The notes beneath the pieces were generated by a model that saw only the letters and a list, made by a program, of their open reading frames with translations, had not been told where the DNA came from and searched no databases. A stretch of 64,000 nt of DNA from Myxococcales bacterium (GTDB lineage Bacteria; Myxococcota_A; Polyangia; Polyangiales; DASUME01), in the NCBI GenBank assembly GCA_047601445.1, contig JASGJH010000001.1:9152001-9216000 (forward strand), in the 5' to 3' direction. Both the position numbers and the translations under genes were made by a program. Of this stretch, positions 10,901-19,691 are shown one piece after another. Every line of letters begins with the position of its first letter. Position 1 is the first letter of the stretch.

Positions 10901-11128
10901 ATCTGCAACGGCGCCGACGATGACTGCGACGGCCTCACCGACGAGGGCTGCGGCGACATCGGTTGCATCCCCTACACCGAGATCTGCAACGGCATCAGCG
11001 ACGACTGCGACGAGGAGGTCGACGAGTACTGCCTCAACTGCGCGAACCCGGAGAACGAGATCTGCGACGGCCGCGACAACGACTGCGACGGCATGATCGA
11101 CGAGGGCTGCGACGTTATCCTGCAGTAG
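7952..11128 (+). CDS. large lipoprotein: thrombospondin type-3 repeats, vWA domain, C-terminal Cys-rich (EICNGxDDDCDGxxDE) repeats
   Basis: Lipobox AVGC; many DxDGDGxGDxCDNCP repeats; MIDAS LIDASLS..YTPT..MVTDG; six ExCxxxDxDCDxxxDE repeats. Exact start uncertain. Confidence 0.85.
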   Translation: MFDRRGNHVLKVFPALKPGVVSVHTGALLPALLSALVVCSAVGCSGDGGKGGGDSMDGGGDGDWSYDGSLDGDGGRDDDDDDDDDGFLDRVDNCPTKANPSQKDTDRDGVGDQCDNCPADANSAQEDSDGDTIGDVCENPLFTFNGDNDGDGILNSLDLCPFKADPSNVDSDGDHVGDACDNCPATANTLQEDGDKDGIGDACPGGEALPMDTDGDQLPDANDNCPGVANPGQEDEDHDGRGDVCDNCVHVANYQQRDTDGDNIGDFCEQVFVDPNGDDDGDMVKNSADNCPGTSNQNQADADKDKVGDACDNCPSVANADQAPGPQGTTYGEACAPVTPGGDSDGDGVLDSDDNCDTVANGAAQAGTAGVGNQTDTDKDSVGDACDNCPTIANLGQADADSDHIGDACEKLATDSDGDGIPDYLDKCPKNGTSTSEADKDQDGVPDLCDNCIDQANKAQKDSNNDGQGDVCDSDAFPQGTACSSGKTAAKLIPPNLYFLIDASLSMQEGACAYSQTCACAAGEDEDDDCYDIHRENYDNNPANDVTPQFVPSRERAWERALTTLAPQLANGSYNLGVANFTAGYFSDANTCNALPTQTMAMQVPAANFATTFTTAANFTPTSYTPTAAALSGVLNPNHDNSNADARFLLPNDTEPTRNKAVIMVTDGLPTTCPNDGSADWNESGITSVYEMNEALKAARALALSDANKRVRLYVLGFAINENQRLGMLANAGDPDYSGPYLLCGAGVTTNCYCNATSSPAGCTNWVEPATKKWYEVGNTASIVSAVQAIATKSLGCDITLANTGTVDNQTLHLNLVNGNTRTPIPSNQYTRSGACATPAGAGACKVTLDAATSCQAYHTAVTGNANAYVEAEIACACIPAAAENCNDNIDNDCDSLINEGCFPPVTCAANSSDPNCPNPNCNPQGLEICNGKDDDCDGLVDEGCPPPSCTNPAMELCGDEKDNDCDGKVDEDCPPMCISHPEICNGADDDCDGLTDEGCGDIGCIPYTEICNGISDDCDEEVDEYCLNCANPENEICDGRDNDCDGMIDEGCDVILQ

Positions 11129-11960
11129 CCTTGAGCGCGTGGGTTAGGCGACTGGCCTCACCCGCGGCGCGCTCCTTCCATGTGCCCTGCGCCGCATCCT
11201 CGCGGGCAGGGCACAGTTCGTTGAGCGGGCACTCGCGGCAGTAGGGGCGCTTGGCGAGGCACGTGTAGCGTCCGTGCAGCAGCACGCGGTGGGACATGTC
11301 CACCCAGTGCGCTTCCGGGAACCCCTGGCACAGGTCGGCCTCGATCTTCACCGGATCCGTGTGTTCCGTCAGGCCCAAGCGGCCCGCGACCCGGGTCACG
11401 TGGGTGTCCACCACGAAGCCCGAGGCGATGCCGTAGCCGGTGCCGAGGACCACGTTGGCGGTCTTGCGGGCCACGCCGGGTAGCTCCACCAACTCCTCGA
11501 TGGTCTTCGGGACCTTGCCGCCGTGATCGCTCATGATCTTGGCTGCCGCGCCGCGGATGGACTTGGCCTTGTTGCGGAAGAAGCCGGTGCGCTTCACCAC
11601 TTCCTCCACCTCTTCTTGGCCTGCCTCTGCGAGGGCCTTGGGGGTGGGCCAGCGCTTGAACAGCACGGGCGTCACGCTGTTCACGGTGCGGTCGGTGCTC
11701 TGCGCGCTCAGGATGGTCGCGATTAGCAGCTCGAACGGATTCTTGTGCTCGAGTTCGCACACCGCGTCTGGGACCGCCTGTTCGAGGCGCTCGCGTACAT
11801 CCTCGAAGGAGGCAGCCTGTGGGCTCGCCTTGCCGGCGTGTGCGGGCTTCTTGGACGCTGACTTCGAGGCTCTCGCTGGAGCCGCCTTCTCGGTCTTCTT
11901 GGGGGCCTGCTTTGCGGCCTTCTCGGGGGCCGCCTTCGCGGCCTTCTTGCGTGCTGCCAT
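11115..11960 (-). CDS. nth: endonuclease III
   Basis: LLIATILSAQSTD, HhH LPGVARKTANVVL, VDTHV, Fe-S loop CLAKRPYCRECPLNELC. Confidence 0.95.
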   Translation of the reverse strand: MAARKKAAKAAPEKAAKQAPKKTEKAAPARASKSASKKPAHAGKASPQAASFEDVRERLEQAVPDAVCELEHKNPFELLIATILSAQSTDRTVNSVTPVLFKRWPTPKALAEAGQEEVEEVVKRTGFFRNKAKSIRGAAAKIMSDHGGKVPKTIEELVELPGVARKTANVVLGTGYGIASGFVVDTHVTRVAGRLGLTEHTDPVKIEADLCQGFPEAHWVDMSHRVLLHGRYTCLAKRPYCRECPLNELCPAREDAAQGTWKERAAGEASRLTHALKATAG

Positions 11961-12037
11961 GGGCCCAAGTGTAGTCGCGGACCTTGGGCGTGGGGTGGCT
12001 GGGGTTTGGGCCCGAGAGCGACTATGCTCGGCAGGCT

Positions 12038-12910
12038 TTGATCGTCACCCTGCTCGACGGAACCTACGAACTCTTCCGCGCCTTCTACGGCGCTCCCGCG
12101 GCGCTCGCCCCGGACGGTCGTGAGGTCGGCGCCACGCGCGGACTCTTGCGCTCCTTCGCAGGCCTGCTGTCGGAGCCGGATACCACGCACGTGGCCGCGG
12201 CCTTCGACACCGTGATCGAGTCCTTTCGGAACCAGCTCTTCGACGGCTACAAGACCGGTGCAGGCATCGACCCCGCACTGTGGGCCCAGTTTCCGCTGGC
12301 GGAACGCGCGACGCGGGCCCTCGGCATCGTGACCTGGTCGATGATCGACTTCGAGGCTGACGACGCCCTGGCGACCGGGGCACGGCGCTACGCCGCGGAC
12401 GAACGAGTGCAGCAGGTGCGCATCGCGTCGCCCGACAAGGACCTGTGTCAGTGCGTCAGCGGTCAGCGCGTGGTGCTGCTCGATCGCCGCAAGCAGGCGA
12501 TCACCGACGAGCCCGGAGTGTCCGTGCGGCTCGGTGTACCCCCGGCCAGCGTGCCCGGTTTTTTGGCGCTGGTGGGTGACACCGCGGACGGCATCCCTGG
12601 CGTGCCGCGCTGGGGCGAAAAGAGCGCAGCCAAGGTGCTCTCCCACTATGGCCTGGTGGAAAACATCCCGGACCAGGCCAGTGCCTGGGCGGTCACCGTG
12701 CGCGGTGCGGACGCGCTCGCACGCGAGCTCGCGAGTCATCGCGCCGAGGTGGTGCTCTACGAGAAACTCGCGACGTTGCGCTTCGATGTTCCCCTGGAGG
12801 AAGACCTCGACGCGCTGCGCTGGCGCGGGCCCACGCCGGACCTCGCGGTGTTCTGCGAGGAGCTGGGCATGCCGGACCTTACCCCGCGCCTGTCGGGAAT
12901 TAACCCTTGA
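12038..12910 (+). CDS. stand-alone 5'-3' exonuclease / flap endonuclease
   Basis: LLDGTYELFRAFY, FRNQLFDGYK, FEADDALAT, SPDKDL, H3TH ALVGDTADGIPGVPRWGEKSA; TTG start at 12038. Confidence 0.9.
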   Translation: MIVTLLDGTYELFRAFYGAPAALAPDGREVGATRGLLRSFAGLLSEPDTTHVAAAFDTVIESFRNQLFDGYKTGAGIDPALWAQFPLAERATRALGIVTWSMIDFEADDALATGARRYAADERVQQVRIASPDKDLCQCVSGQRVVLLDRRKQAITDEPGVSVRLGVPPASVPGFLALVGDTADGIPGVPRWGEKSAAKVLSHYGLVENIPDQASAWAVTVRGADALARELASHRAEVVLYEKLATLRFDVPLEEDLDALRWRGPTPDLAVFCEELGMPDLTPRLSGINP

Positions 12911-12950
12911 GACACACGCGGGAAACGCCTCGCGCGCAGGCTGCAGCCTA

Positions 12951-13532
12951 ATGCTGGCTTTGTTGAGTGGTCTCTTGGCGGGCTCGCTGCACACGCTCAG
13001 CGGTCCAGACCACCTGGCTGCCGTGCTGCCGCTGGCCGCCCATGCGCCGGCCCGCGCCCGCTTGTTTGGTACCTTTTGGGGACTGGGGCACGGCGGGGGC
13101 ATGCTGTTTTGGCTGCTCGTCGGGTTGAGCTGTCGCAGCGCTGCGCCGCTCGCGCGGGTCTCGCACTGGGCCGAGCTTTTGGTGGGGTTCTCGCTCGTTC
13201 TGGTGGGGCTGTGGACCCTGCGCTCGCGCACGCGGGAGCGCCCAGGGCACCACCACAGCGAGCGCGCAGCCCTGGGACTCGGTGCGCTGCACGGCACGGC
13301 CGGTGCGGGGCATCTGTTTGCCGCGCTGCCGTTGCTCGGTCTGAGTGTTCCAGACGGAGTCTTCTACTGCCTGGGCTTCGTGATCTCGGGTGTGGTCTCG
13401 ATGGCTGGAGCAGGTCTCTTCATGGGGCGCGTCGCGGGCCGTCCGAGCTTCACGGCCCACGCGCGTCCAGTATGCGCGCTCATTACGTTTGTCGTTGGTT
13501 GCGCCTGGATTGCAGACGCGCTCTCGGTCTGA
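12951..13532 (+). CDS. nickel/urease accessory membrane protein (UreH/NiCoT-like)
   Basis: HTLSGPDHLAAV, WGLGH, His cluster, GALHGTAG; several TM segments; directly upstream of the urt/ure operon. Confidence 0.75.
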   Translation: MLALLSGLLAGSLHTLSGPDHLAAVLPLAAHAPARARLFGTFWGLGHGGGMLFWLLVGLSCRSAAPLARVSHWAELLVGFSLVLVGLWTLRSRTRERPGHHHSERAALGLGALHGTAGAGHLFAALPLLGLSVPDGVFYCLGFVISGVVSMAGAGLFMGRVAGRPSFTAHARPVCALITFVVGCAWIADALSV

Positions 13533-13790
13533 GATCTTTCGAGCCCGAAACACGCCGGACCATCGCCGAGCAGTATTCGCCCACTTTGCTCGGGTTAGGC
13601 GCGGGGACGCGTCGCCTTTTGCGCAGCAAATAGAGCGTCAAAGCGACTCACAAAATGTTGCTCCGGTCGCGTTTTAACTACGACGACAACGGCTCGAAAT
13701 AGAAGGGGGGCACGTTCGCATACGTGAACCGCCAGCGTGCGAAATGATCGCACTCCGCGATTTGCTCGCGCGAAACGGCGCGTGCGTCGA

Positions 13791-13807
13791 CGGCACGAGA
13801 CTCGTGC
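13791..13807 (+). promoter_or_regulatory. palindrome GCACGAG-A-CTCGTGC (NtrC-box-like or imperfect sigma-54 site) upstream of urtA
   Basis: Perfect inverted repeat 13793-13807 fits GCAC-N7-GTGC; it also reads CGGCACG-N4-TCGT. It ends 36 bp before the urtA ATG. Confidence 0.45.
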
Positions 13808-13843
13808 GCTCGATGTCCAGGGTGCTTCCTCGGAGGAGAAGAT

Positions 13844-15205
13844 ATGCAGAAATGGCTCGGAAGAACGTTGATCGCGACCGCGTGTTTGGCGGCCTCTGCC
13901 TGCGGTAAGACCGAGGCACCCGCATCGACCGGCGAGCCCGCGGCTCCCACGGCCGCAGCGCCCGCCGAGCCAGCGAAGGCCGAAACGGGTCCGATCAAGG
14001 TGGGCATTCTTCACTCCCTGTCCGGCACCATGGCGATCAGCGAGACGTCGCTGAAGGACGTGGCGCTCATGACCATCGACGAGATCAACGAGAAGGGCGG
14101 CCTGCTCGGCCGCAAGCTCGAGGCCGTGGTGGTCGACCCCGCCTCCGACTGGCCGCTGTTTGCCGAGAAGGCCAAGGAACTCATCTCGCGCGAGAAGGTC
14201 GCAGCGGTGTTCGGTTGCTGGACCAGCGTGTCACGCAAGTCCGTGCTCCCGGTGTTCGAGGAGCTCAACGGCCTGCTGTTTTACCCGGTGCAGTACGAAG
14301 GTGAAGAGTCCTCCTGGAACGTGTTCTACACGGGCGCCGCACCCAATCAGCAGGCCATCCCCGCCGTGGAATACCTGATGGATCCCAAGAACGGGGGCGC
14401 CAAGCGCTTCGTGCTGCTGGGCACCGACTACGTGTATCCGCGCACCACCAACAAGATCCTCCAGTACTTCCTCAAGTCCAAGGGCATCGCCGAAGCCGAC
14501 ATCATGGAGAAGTACACGCCCTTCGGTCATAGCGACTACCAGACCATCGTGGCGGACATCAAGCGCTTCGCCCAGGGCAAGCCCACGGCGGTGATCTCCA
14601 CCATCAACGGCGACTCCAACGTGCCCTTCTACAAGGAGCTCGGCAATCAGGGGCTCAAGGCCGAGGACATCCCCGTGGTGGCCTTCTCCGTGGGTGAGGA
14701 AGAGCTGCGCGGCATCGACACCACGCCGCTCGTCGGCCACCTGGCGGCCTGGAACTACTTCGAGAGCATCGAGTCTCCCGAGAACAAGGCCTTCGTGGAG
14801 AAGTGGATGGCCTACGTGAAGAAGAACAACCTGCCGGGCGGCGACAAGCGCGTCACCAACGACCCGATGGAAGCCACCTACACCGGCATCAACATCTGGG
14901 CCCAGGCCGTGAAGCAGGCGGGCACCACCGAGATCGACGCGGTGCGCCAGGCCATCGGCTACCAGACCTTCAAGGCTCCCTCGGGCTTCGTCGAGCAGAT
15001 GGACGCCAAGAACCACCACCTTCACAAGCCGGTCTACATCGGCGAGATCAAGGCCGACGGCCAGTTCCAGATCGTCTGGAAGACCGAAGGACCTATCCGT
15101 GCCCAGGCCTGGAGCCCCTTCATCCCGGACAGCGCCAAGAAGGTGGCTGACTGGACCTATCCGTGGGCTTGCGGCAACTGCGAGACCGCCAAGTTCGTGA
15201 ACTGA
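13844..15205 (+). CDS. urtA: urea ABC transporter substrate-binding lipoprotein
   Basis: IKVGILHSLSGTMAISE, GCWTSVSRK, FYPVQYEG, GTDYVYPR, NHHLHKP; lipobox ASAC; RBS GGAGGAG. Confidence 0.95.
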   Translation: MQKWLGRTLIATACLAASACGKTEAPASTGEPAAPTAAAPAEPAKAETGPIKVGILHSLSGTMAISETSLKDVALMTIDEINEKGGLLGRKLEAVVVDPASDWPLFAEKAKELISREKVAAVFGCWTSVSRKSVLPVFEELNGLLFYPVQYEGEESSWNVFYTGAAPNQQAIPAVEYLMDPKNGGAKRFVLLGTDYVYPRTTNKILQYFLKSKGIAEADIMEKYTPFGHSDYQTIVADIKRFAQGKPTAVISTINGDSNVPFYKELGNQGLKAEDIPVVAFSVGEEELRGIDTTPLVGHLAAWNYFESIESPENKAFVEKWMAYVKKNNLPGGDKRVTNDPMEATYTGINIWAQAVKQAGTTEIDAVRQAIGYQTFKAPSGFVEQMDAKNHHLHKPVYIGEIKADGQFQIVWKTEGPIRAQAWSPFIPDSAKKVADWTYPWACGNCETAKFVN

Positions 15206-15292
15206 GTCGTCGATACTCCCGTGCGCGCGCCGGAGCGCGAGTTCCGAGCGCGCGCGATGTCTTCGAGATGGCTGCTTCAGAAGGGACGCCGC

Positions 15293-16906
15293 ATGCGCTT
15301 TTCTCTCGTCCTCGTCTTCGCTCTCACGGCCCTGGTGATCGCCTGGCCCGAGCGAGTACACGCCGATGCATTCGCCGATGCGGTAGGCAAGTTGGGTTCC
15401 GAAGACGTCGAGCAGATCCGCGCCGGCATCGCGGGTGTGGCCGAGACGGACGATCCGCGGGCACTGCCGCTTCTCACGGCATTGCGCGAGGGCAAGCTGC
15501 GCGTGGAAGCAACCACCTCGAAGCTGTTTTGGGAGAAGGGCGGGGCCTTCAAGGGCGTGCTCGATGATGCGCCGGGGTCCGCCGCCGGAGGCCGCACCAT
15601 CGTGGTGAACAACGCGATCCGGCGTGCCCTGAGCGCCGCGCTCGCGCGACTGGAGCTCACGGCCAAGGATGTGAAAATCCGCAAGGCAGCCGCCGAGTCG
15701 CTGGCGACGTCGCCCAGCAGCGAGCTCTTGCCCGTCTTGCGCAAGGCTTACCAGGTCGAGAACGATCCCGGCATCAAGCGTACGTTGGGCCTGGCGCTGG
15801 CGCAGGTGGACCTCGACTCGAGCGATCCCGCCGCACGCTTGAGCGCGGTGCGAATCCTGGGAGACACCGGCGAGCTCTCGTTCAAGCCGAAGCTCGAGCG
15901 TCTGGTGGAGAAGAACGACAAGGGCGAGTATCTGGAGCAGGACGCCAAGGTGCGGGGTGCGGCCGAGAAGGTGCTCGCCAGTCTGTGGTGGACCGAGACC
16001 ATGACGCGCCTGGTGGGGGACTTGATGTACGGTCTCAGCCTCGGCAGCGTCCTCCTGCTGGCAGCGCTCGGGCTCGCGATCACGTTCGGGCTGATGGGCG
16101 TGATCAACATGGCCCACGGCGAAATGCTGATGCTCGGGGCCTACGTGACCTATGTCGTGCACGTCGCCTTTCAGCGCTACGCGCCCGCGTACTTCGACTG
16201 GTACGTCGCCGCCGCGCTGCCCACGTCTTTCGTGATCTGCGCCATCGTCGGCATGGGCATCGAGCGCGGCGTGCTGCGCTTCCTCTATGGACGTCCCCTC
16301 GAGACCCTGCTCGCGACCTGGGGGGTGAGCCTGGCCTTGATCCAGACGGTGCGCCTGATCTTCGGCGCGCAAAACGTGGCGGTGGCAGCGCCCTCGTGGC
16401 TGTCAGGCGGCTACGATCTCATGCAGGGGATCGTGCTGCCCTACAACCGCATGGCCATCGTGGTGTTCGGCGGCCTGGTGCTGCTCTTCGTGTGGATCGT
16501 GCTCACGCGCACGCGGCTCGGTTTGGACGTGCGCGCGGTGACCCAGAATCGCGGCATGGCGGCCTGCATGGGCATCCGCACCGCCCGCGTCGACATGTGG
16601 ACCTTCGGCATCGGCTCTGGCGTGGCCGGCTTGGGGGGCGTGGCGCTCTCGCAGATCGGCAACGTGGGGCCGGAGCTCGGTCAAGGCTACATCGTGGACT
16701 CCTTCATGGTCGTGGTGCTCGGCGGCGTCGGCAAACTGGCTGGCACCGTGGCGGGTTCCTTCGGCCTCGGCATCGTGAACAAACTACTCGAGCCCATCTC
16801 GGGCGCGGTGCTCGGTAAGATCATCGTGCTCGCCTTGATCATCCTGTTCATTCAGAAGCGACCGCAGGGCATCTTCGCCCTCAAGGGACGCATGGTGGAG
16901 GGCTAG
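15293..16906 (+). CDS. urtB: urea ABC transporter permease with N-terminal periplasmic HEAT-like domain
   Basis: GLAITFGLMGVINMAHGE, LYGRPLETLLATWG, IVDSFMVVVLGGVG. Confidence 0.93.
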   Translation: MRFSLVLVFALTALVIAWPERVHADAFADAVGKLGSEDVEQIRAGIAGVAETDDPRALPLLTALREGKLRVEATTSKLFWEKGGAFKGVLDDAPGSAAGGRTIVVNNAIRRALSAALARLELTAKDVKIRKAAAESLATSPSSELLPVLRKAYQVENDPGIKRTLGLALAQVDLDSSDPAARLSAVRILGDTGELSFKPKLERLVEKNDKGEYLEQDAKVRGAAEKVLASLWWTETMTRLVGDLMYGLSLGSVLLLAALGLAITFGLMGVINMAHGEMLMLGAYVTYVVHVAFQRYAPAYFDWYVAAALPTSFVICAIVGMGIERGVLRFLYGRPLETLLATWGVSLALIQTVRLIFGAQNVAVAAPSWLSGGYDLMQGIVLPYNRMAIVVFGGLVLLFVWIVLTRTRLGLDVRAVTQNRGMAACMGIRTARVDMWTFGIGSGVAGLGGVALSQIGNVGPELGQGYIVDSFMVVVLGGVGKLAGTVAGSFGLGIVNKLLEPISGAVLGKIIVLALIILFIQKRPQGIFALKGRMVEG

Positions 16907-16909
16907 ACC

Positions 16910-18064
16910 GTGCTGCCCAATGAGCTGACGAGTTTGCACACCAAGCGAGGCTGGATCGTGACCGCGGCGTTGTTCGCGTTGTTCGCGCTGATCGTACCCG
17001 CGCTGCACGTGTATTTGCCCCAGGACTCCGCCCTCCACGTGCCTGGCTACCTGGTGCAGCTGCTGGGGAAGTTCGCTTGTTACGCCGTGTTGGCGCTGGC
17101 GCTCGACTTGATCTGGGGGTTCACCGGCATCTTGAGCCTCGGACAGGGCGTGTTCTTCGCGCTCGGGGGCTACGCGATGGGCATGTACCTCATGCGCTCC
17201 ATCGGCAAGGAGGGCGTGTACCGCAGCGAGCTGCCCGACTTCATGGTCTTCCTCGACTGGAAGGAGCTGCCCTGGTACTGGCAGGGCTTCCAGAGCTTCC
17301 CGTTCGCCATGCTGATGACGCTGCTCGTGCCGGGCGCGTTGGCCTGGGTGTTCGGGTTCTTCGCGTTCCGCTCGCGCATCCGCGGCGTGTACTTCTCGAT
17401 CATCACGCAGGCGATGACCTTCGCGCTGATGCTGCTCTTCTTCCGCAACGAGACCGGCTTCGGCGGCAACAACGGCATGACGGACTTCAAGCGTATCCTC
17501 GGCTACTCGCTGCAGGAGACCAGCACCAAGGTCACGCTCTACGTGCTCACCATGCTGATGTTGTTCGGCGCCTACTTCGCCTGTCGCTTCCTGGTGCGCA
17601 GCAAGGCCGGCCGCGTGCTCACGGCCATCCGCGACGCCGAGAGCAAGGTGATGTTCTGCGGCTACAACCCGCGCGACTACAAGCTGTTCGCCTGGACCTT
17701 CGCGGCCATGCTGTCGGGCCTGGCGGGGGCGCTCTACGTGCCGCAGGTGGGCATCATCAATCCGAGCGAGATGGAGCCTGCCAACTCCATCGAGATGGCC
17801 ATCTGGGTCGCCGTGGGAGGGCGCGGCACGCTGGGCGGAGCGGTGCTGGGTGCGGGCATCGTGAACGGGCTCAAGAGCTTCCTCACCGTCACCTATCCAG
17901 ACGCCTGGCTCTACGCGCTTGCCGCGCTGTTCGTGCTGGTGACGTTGCTCTTGCCCGACGGTGTGGCCGGTGTGGTCGCCAAGCTCGGAGCGCGCTTCGT
18001 GCGCCCGCAGGCGGTGCCCGCGCCGATTCGAGCCGCCGCAGAGCCCACCAAAGGAGAGGTTTGA
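16910..18064 (+). CDS. urtC: urea ABC transporter permease
   Basis: DLIWGFTGILSLGQ, FRSRIRGVYFSIITQA, GFGGNNGMTDF, WVAVGGRGTL. Confidence 0.93.
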   Translation: MLPNELTSLHTKRGWIVTAALFALFALIVPALHVYLPQDSALHVPGYLVQLLGKFACYAVLALALDLIWGFTGILSLGQGVFFALGGYAMGMYLMRSIGKEGVYRSELPDFMVFLDWKELPWYWQGFQSFPFAMLMTLLVPGALAWVFGFFAFRSRIRGVYFSIITQAMTFALMLLFFRNETGFGGNNGMTDFKRILGYSLQETSTKVTLYVLTMLMLFGAYFACRFLVRSKAGRVLTAIRDAESKVMFCGYNPRDYKLFAWTFAAMLSGLAGALYVPQVGIINPSEMEPANSIEMAIWVAVGGRGTLGGAVLGAGIVNGLKSFLTVTYPDAWLYALAALFVLVTLLLPDGVAGVVAKLGARFVRPQAVPAPIRAAAEPTKGEV

Positions 18065-18066
18065 CC

Positions 18067-18936
18067 ATGGCCGATTCAGTTGGCGAAGCGGTGCTCGATA
18101 TGCGCGAAGCGCCCTCGGCCGAAGTGGTGCGCGACGCGCAAGAGGTTGCGGCCAAGGCGGCCACCGATGCGGCCATCGATAGCAAGCCCCACTGGGAGAA
18201 CTCCATCCTCTTCGTGGACAACGTGAGCGTGAACTTCGACGGCTTCTACGCGCTCACCAACCTCAGCCTGGTGCTCGAGCCGGGCGAGCTGCGCTGCATC
18301 ATCGGTCCCAATGGCGCCGGCAAGACGACCATGATGGACGTCATCACCGGCAAGACGCGGCCCACCGAGGGGCGCGTCTACATGCACGGCCAGCGCATCG
18401 ACCTGACCCAGCACAGCGAGTACGAGATCGCGCGGCTCGGCGTGGGTCGAAAATTCCAGCGTCCCACGGTGTTTCCCGGGCACACGGTGTTCGAGAACAT
18501 CGAGCTCGCGCTGTCGGCCAACAAGGGGGTGTTCCGCAGCATCTTCGCGCGTCTGAGCGGCGAACAGCGGGACACCATCGATGGCATCCTCAAGACGGTG
18601 GGACTCGAGAGCGAGCGTGGGCGCATGGCGGGACTCCTCTCGCACGGGCAAAAGCAGTGGTTGGAGATCGGCATGCTGCTGGCGCAGAAGCCCAAGGTGC
18701 TCCTGGTGGATGAGCCCGTGGCGGGCATGACGCACCAGGAGACGGAACGAACCGCGGAGCTTTTGACCAGCCTGGCAGGCGAGCACACGGTGGTGGTGGT
18801 CGAGCACGATATGGACTTCGTGCGCAGCATCGCGCGCCGCGTCACCGTGCTGCACATGGGGAGCGTGCTCGCGGAGGGGCGCATGGAGCACGTGCAGGCC
18901 GACCCCAAGGTGCTCGAGGTCTACCTGGGACACTAG
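18067..18936 (+). CDS. urtD: urea ABC transporter ATP-binding protein
   Basis: GPNGAGKT, GRKFQRP, LSHGQKQWLEIGM, DEPVAGM; ATG 18067 follows a GGAGAGG RBS. Confidence 0.93.
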   Translation: MADSVGEAVLDMREAPSAEVVRDAQEVAAKAATDAAIDSKPHWENSILFVDNVSVNFDGFYALTNLSLVLEPGELRCIIGPNGAGKTTMMDVITGKTRPTEGRVYMHGQRIDLTQHSEYEIARLGVGRKFQRPTVFPGHTVFENIELALSANKGVFRSIFARLSGEQRDTIDGILKTVGLESERGRMAGLLSHGQKQWLEIGMLLAQKPKVLLVDEPVAGMTHQETERTAELLTSLAGEHTVVVVEHDMDFVRSIARRVTVLHMGSVLAEGRMEHVQADPKVLEVYLGH

Positions 18937-18990
18937 AGCGGCGTCTGGCGCCGGGCTCAACGCACGAAGATTCGTTGCCGAGGACGTGAA

Positions 18991-19689
18991 ATGAGTCTCG
19001 AGATCGACAACATCCATCAGTTCTACGGACAGAGCCACACGCTCTGGGACGTGTCCCTCAAGTTGCGGGAGGGGCGGGTCACCTGCCTGATGGGACGCAA
19101 CGGGGTCGGCAAGACCACGCTGCTCAAGACCATCATGGGGCTCGTGCCGGCGGCCTCCGGCAGCGTGCGCTTCGGCAATTCGGAGCTGATCGGCAAGCGC
19201 CCGGACGTGCGCGCCCGCATGGGCATCGGCTACGTACCCCAGGGGCGCGAGATATTCGGCCAGCTCACGGTGGAGGAAAATCTCAAGATCGGCCTATCGT
19301 CGCGCAAGGACAAGCTCAAGACGGTGCCCGATCAGGTGTACAAGTTCTTCCCGGTCCTCAAGGAAATGAAGCAGCGCCGCGGCGGTGACCTCTCGGGTGG
19401 TCAGCAGCAGCAGCTCGCCATCGGGCGCGCGATGGTGCTCGACCCCAAGCTGCTCATCCTCGACGAGCCCACCGAGGGCATCCAGCCCAACATCGTGGCG
19501 GAGATTGGGGAATTGATCGTGCGCATGTGCAAGGAGCTCGGCATGAGCGTGCTCCTGGTGGAGCAAAAATTGCCCATCGTGCGCAAAGTGGCCGAGGACT
19601 TTGCCATCCTCGACAAGGGGCGCCTGGTGGCGGGCGGCGAACTTTCGGAGCTCACGAGCGAGCTGGTGGCGCGTCACTTGGTGGTATAA
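18991..19689 (+). CDS. urtE: urea ABC transporter ATP-binding protein
   Basis: GRNGVGKT, YVPQGREIF, LSGGQQQQLAI, LDEPTEGIQP. Confidence 0.93.
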   Translation: MSLEIDNIHQFYGQSHTLWDVSLKLREGRVTCLMGRNGVGKTTLLKTIMGLVPAASGSVRFGNSELIGKRPDVRARMGIGYVPQGREIFGQLTVEENLKIGLSSRKDKLKTVPDQVYKFFPVLKEMKQRRGGDLSGGQQQQLAIGRAMVLDPKLLILDEPTEGIQPNIVAEIGELIVRMCKELGMSVLLVEQKLPIVRKVAEDFAILDKGRLVAGGELSELTSELVARHLVV

Positions 19690-19691
19690 GC

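Noticed and set aside
12534..12950. 332-aa version of the nickel permease
   Set aside because: The upstream part overlaps the exonuclease in another frame; the hydrophobic protein begins at ATG 12951.
17077..18066. 619-aa UrtD with long N-terminal extension
   Set aside because: Arg-rich off-frame read-through of urtC; the real start is ATG 18067 with an RBS.
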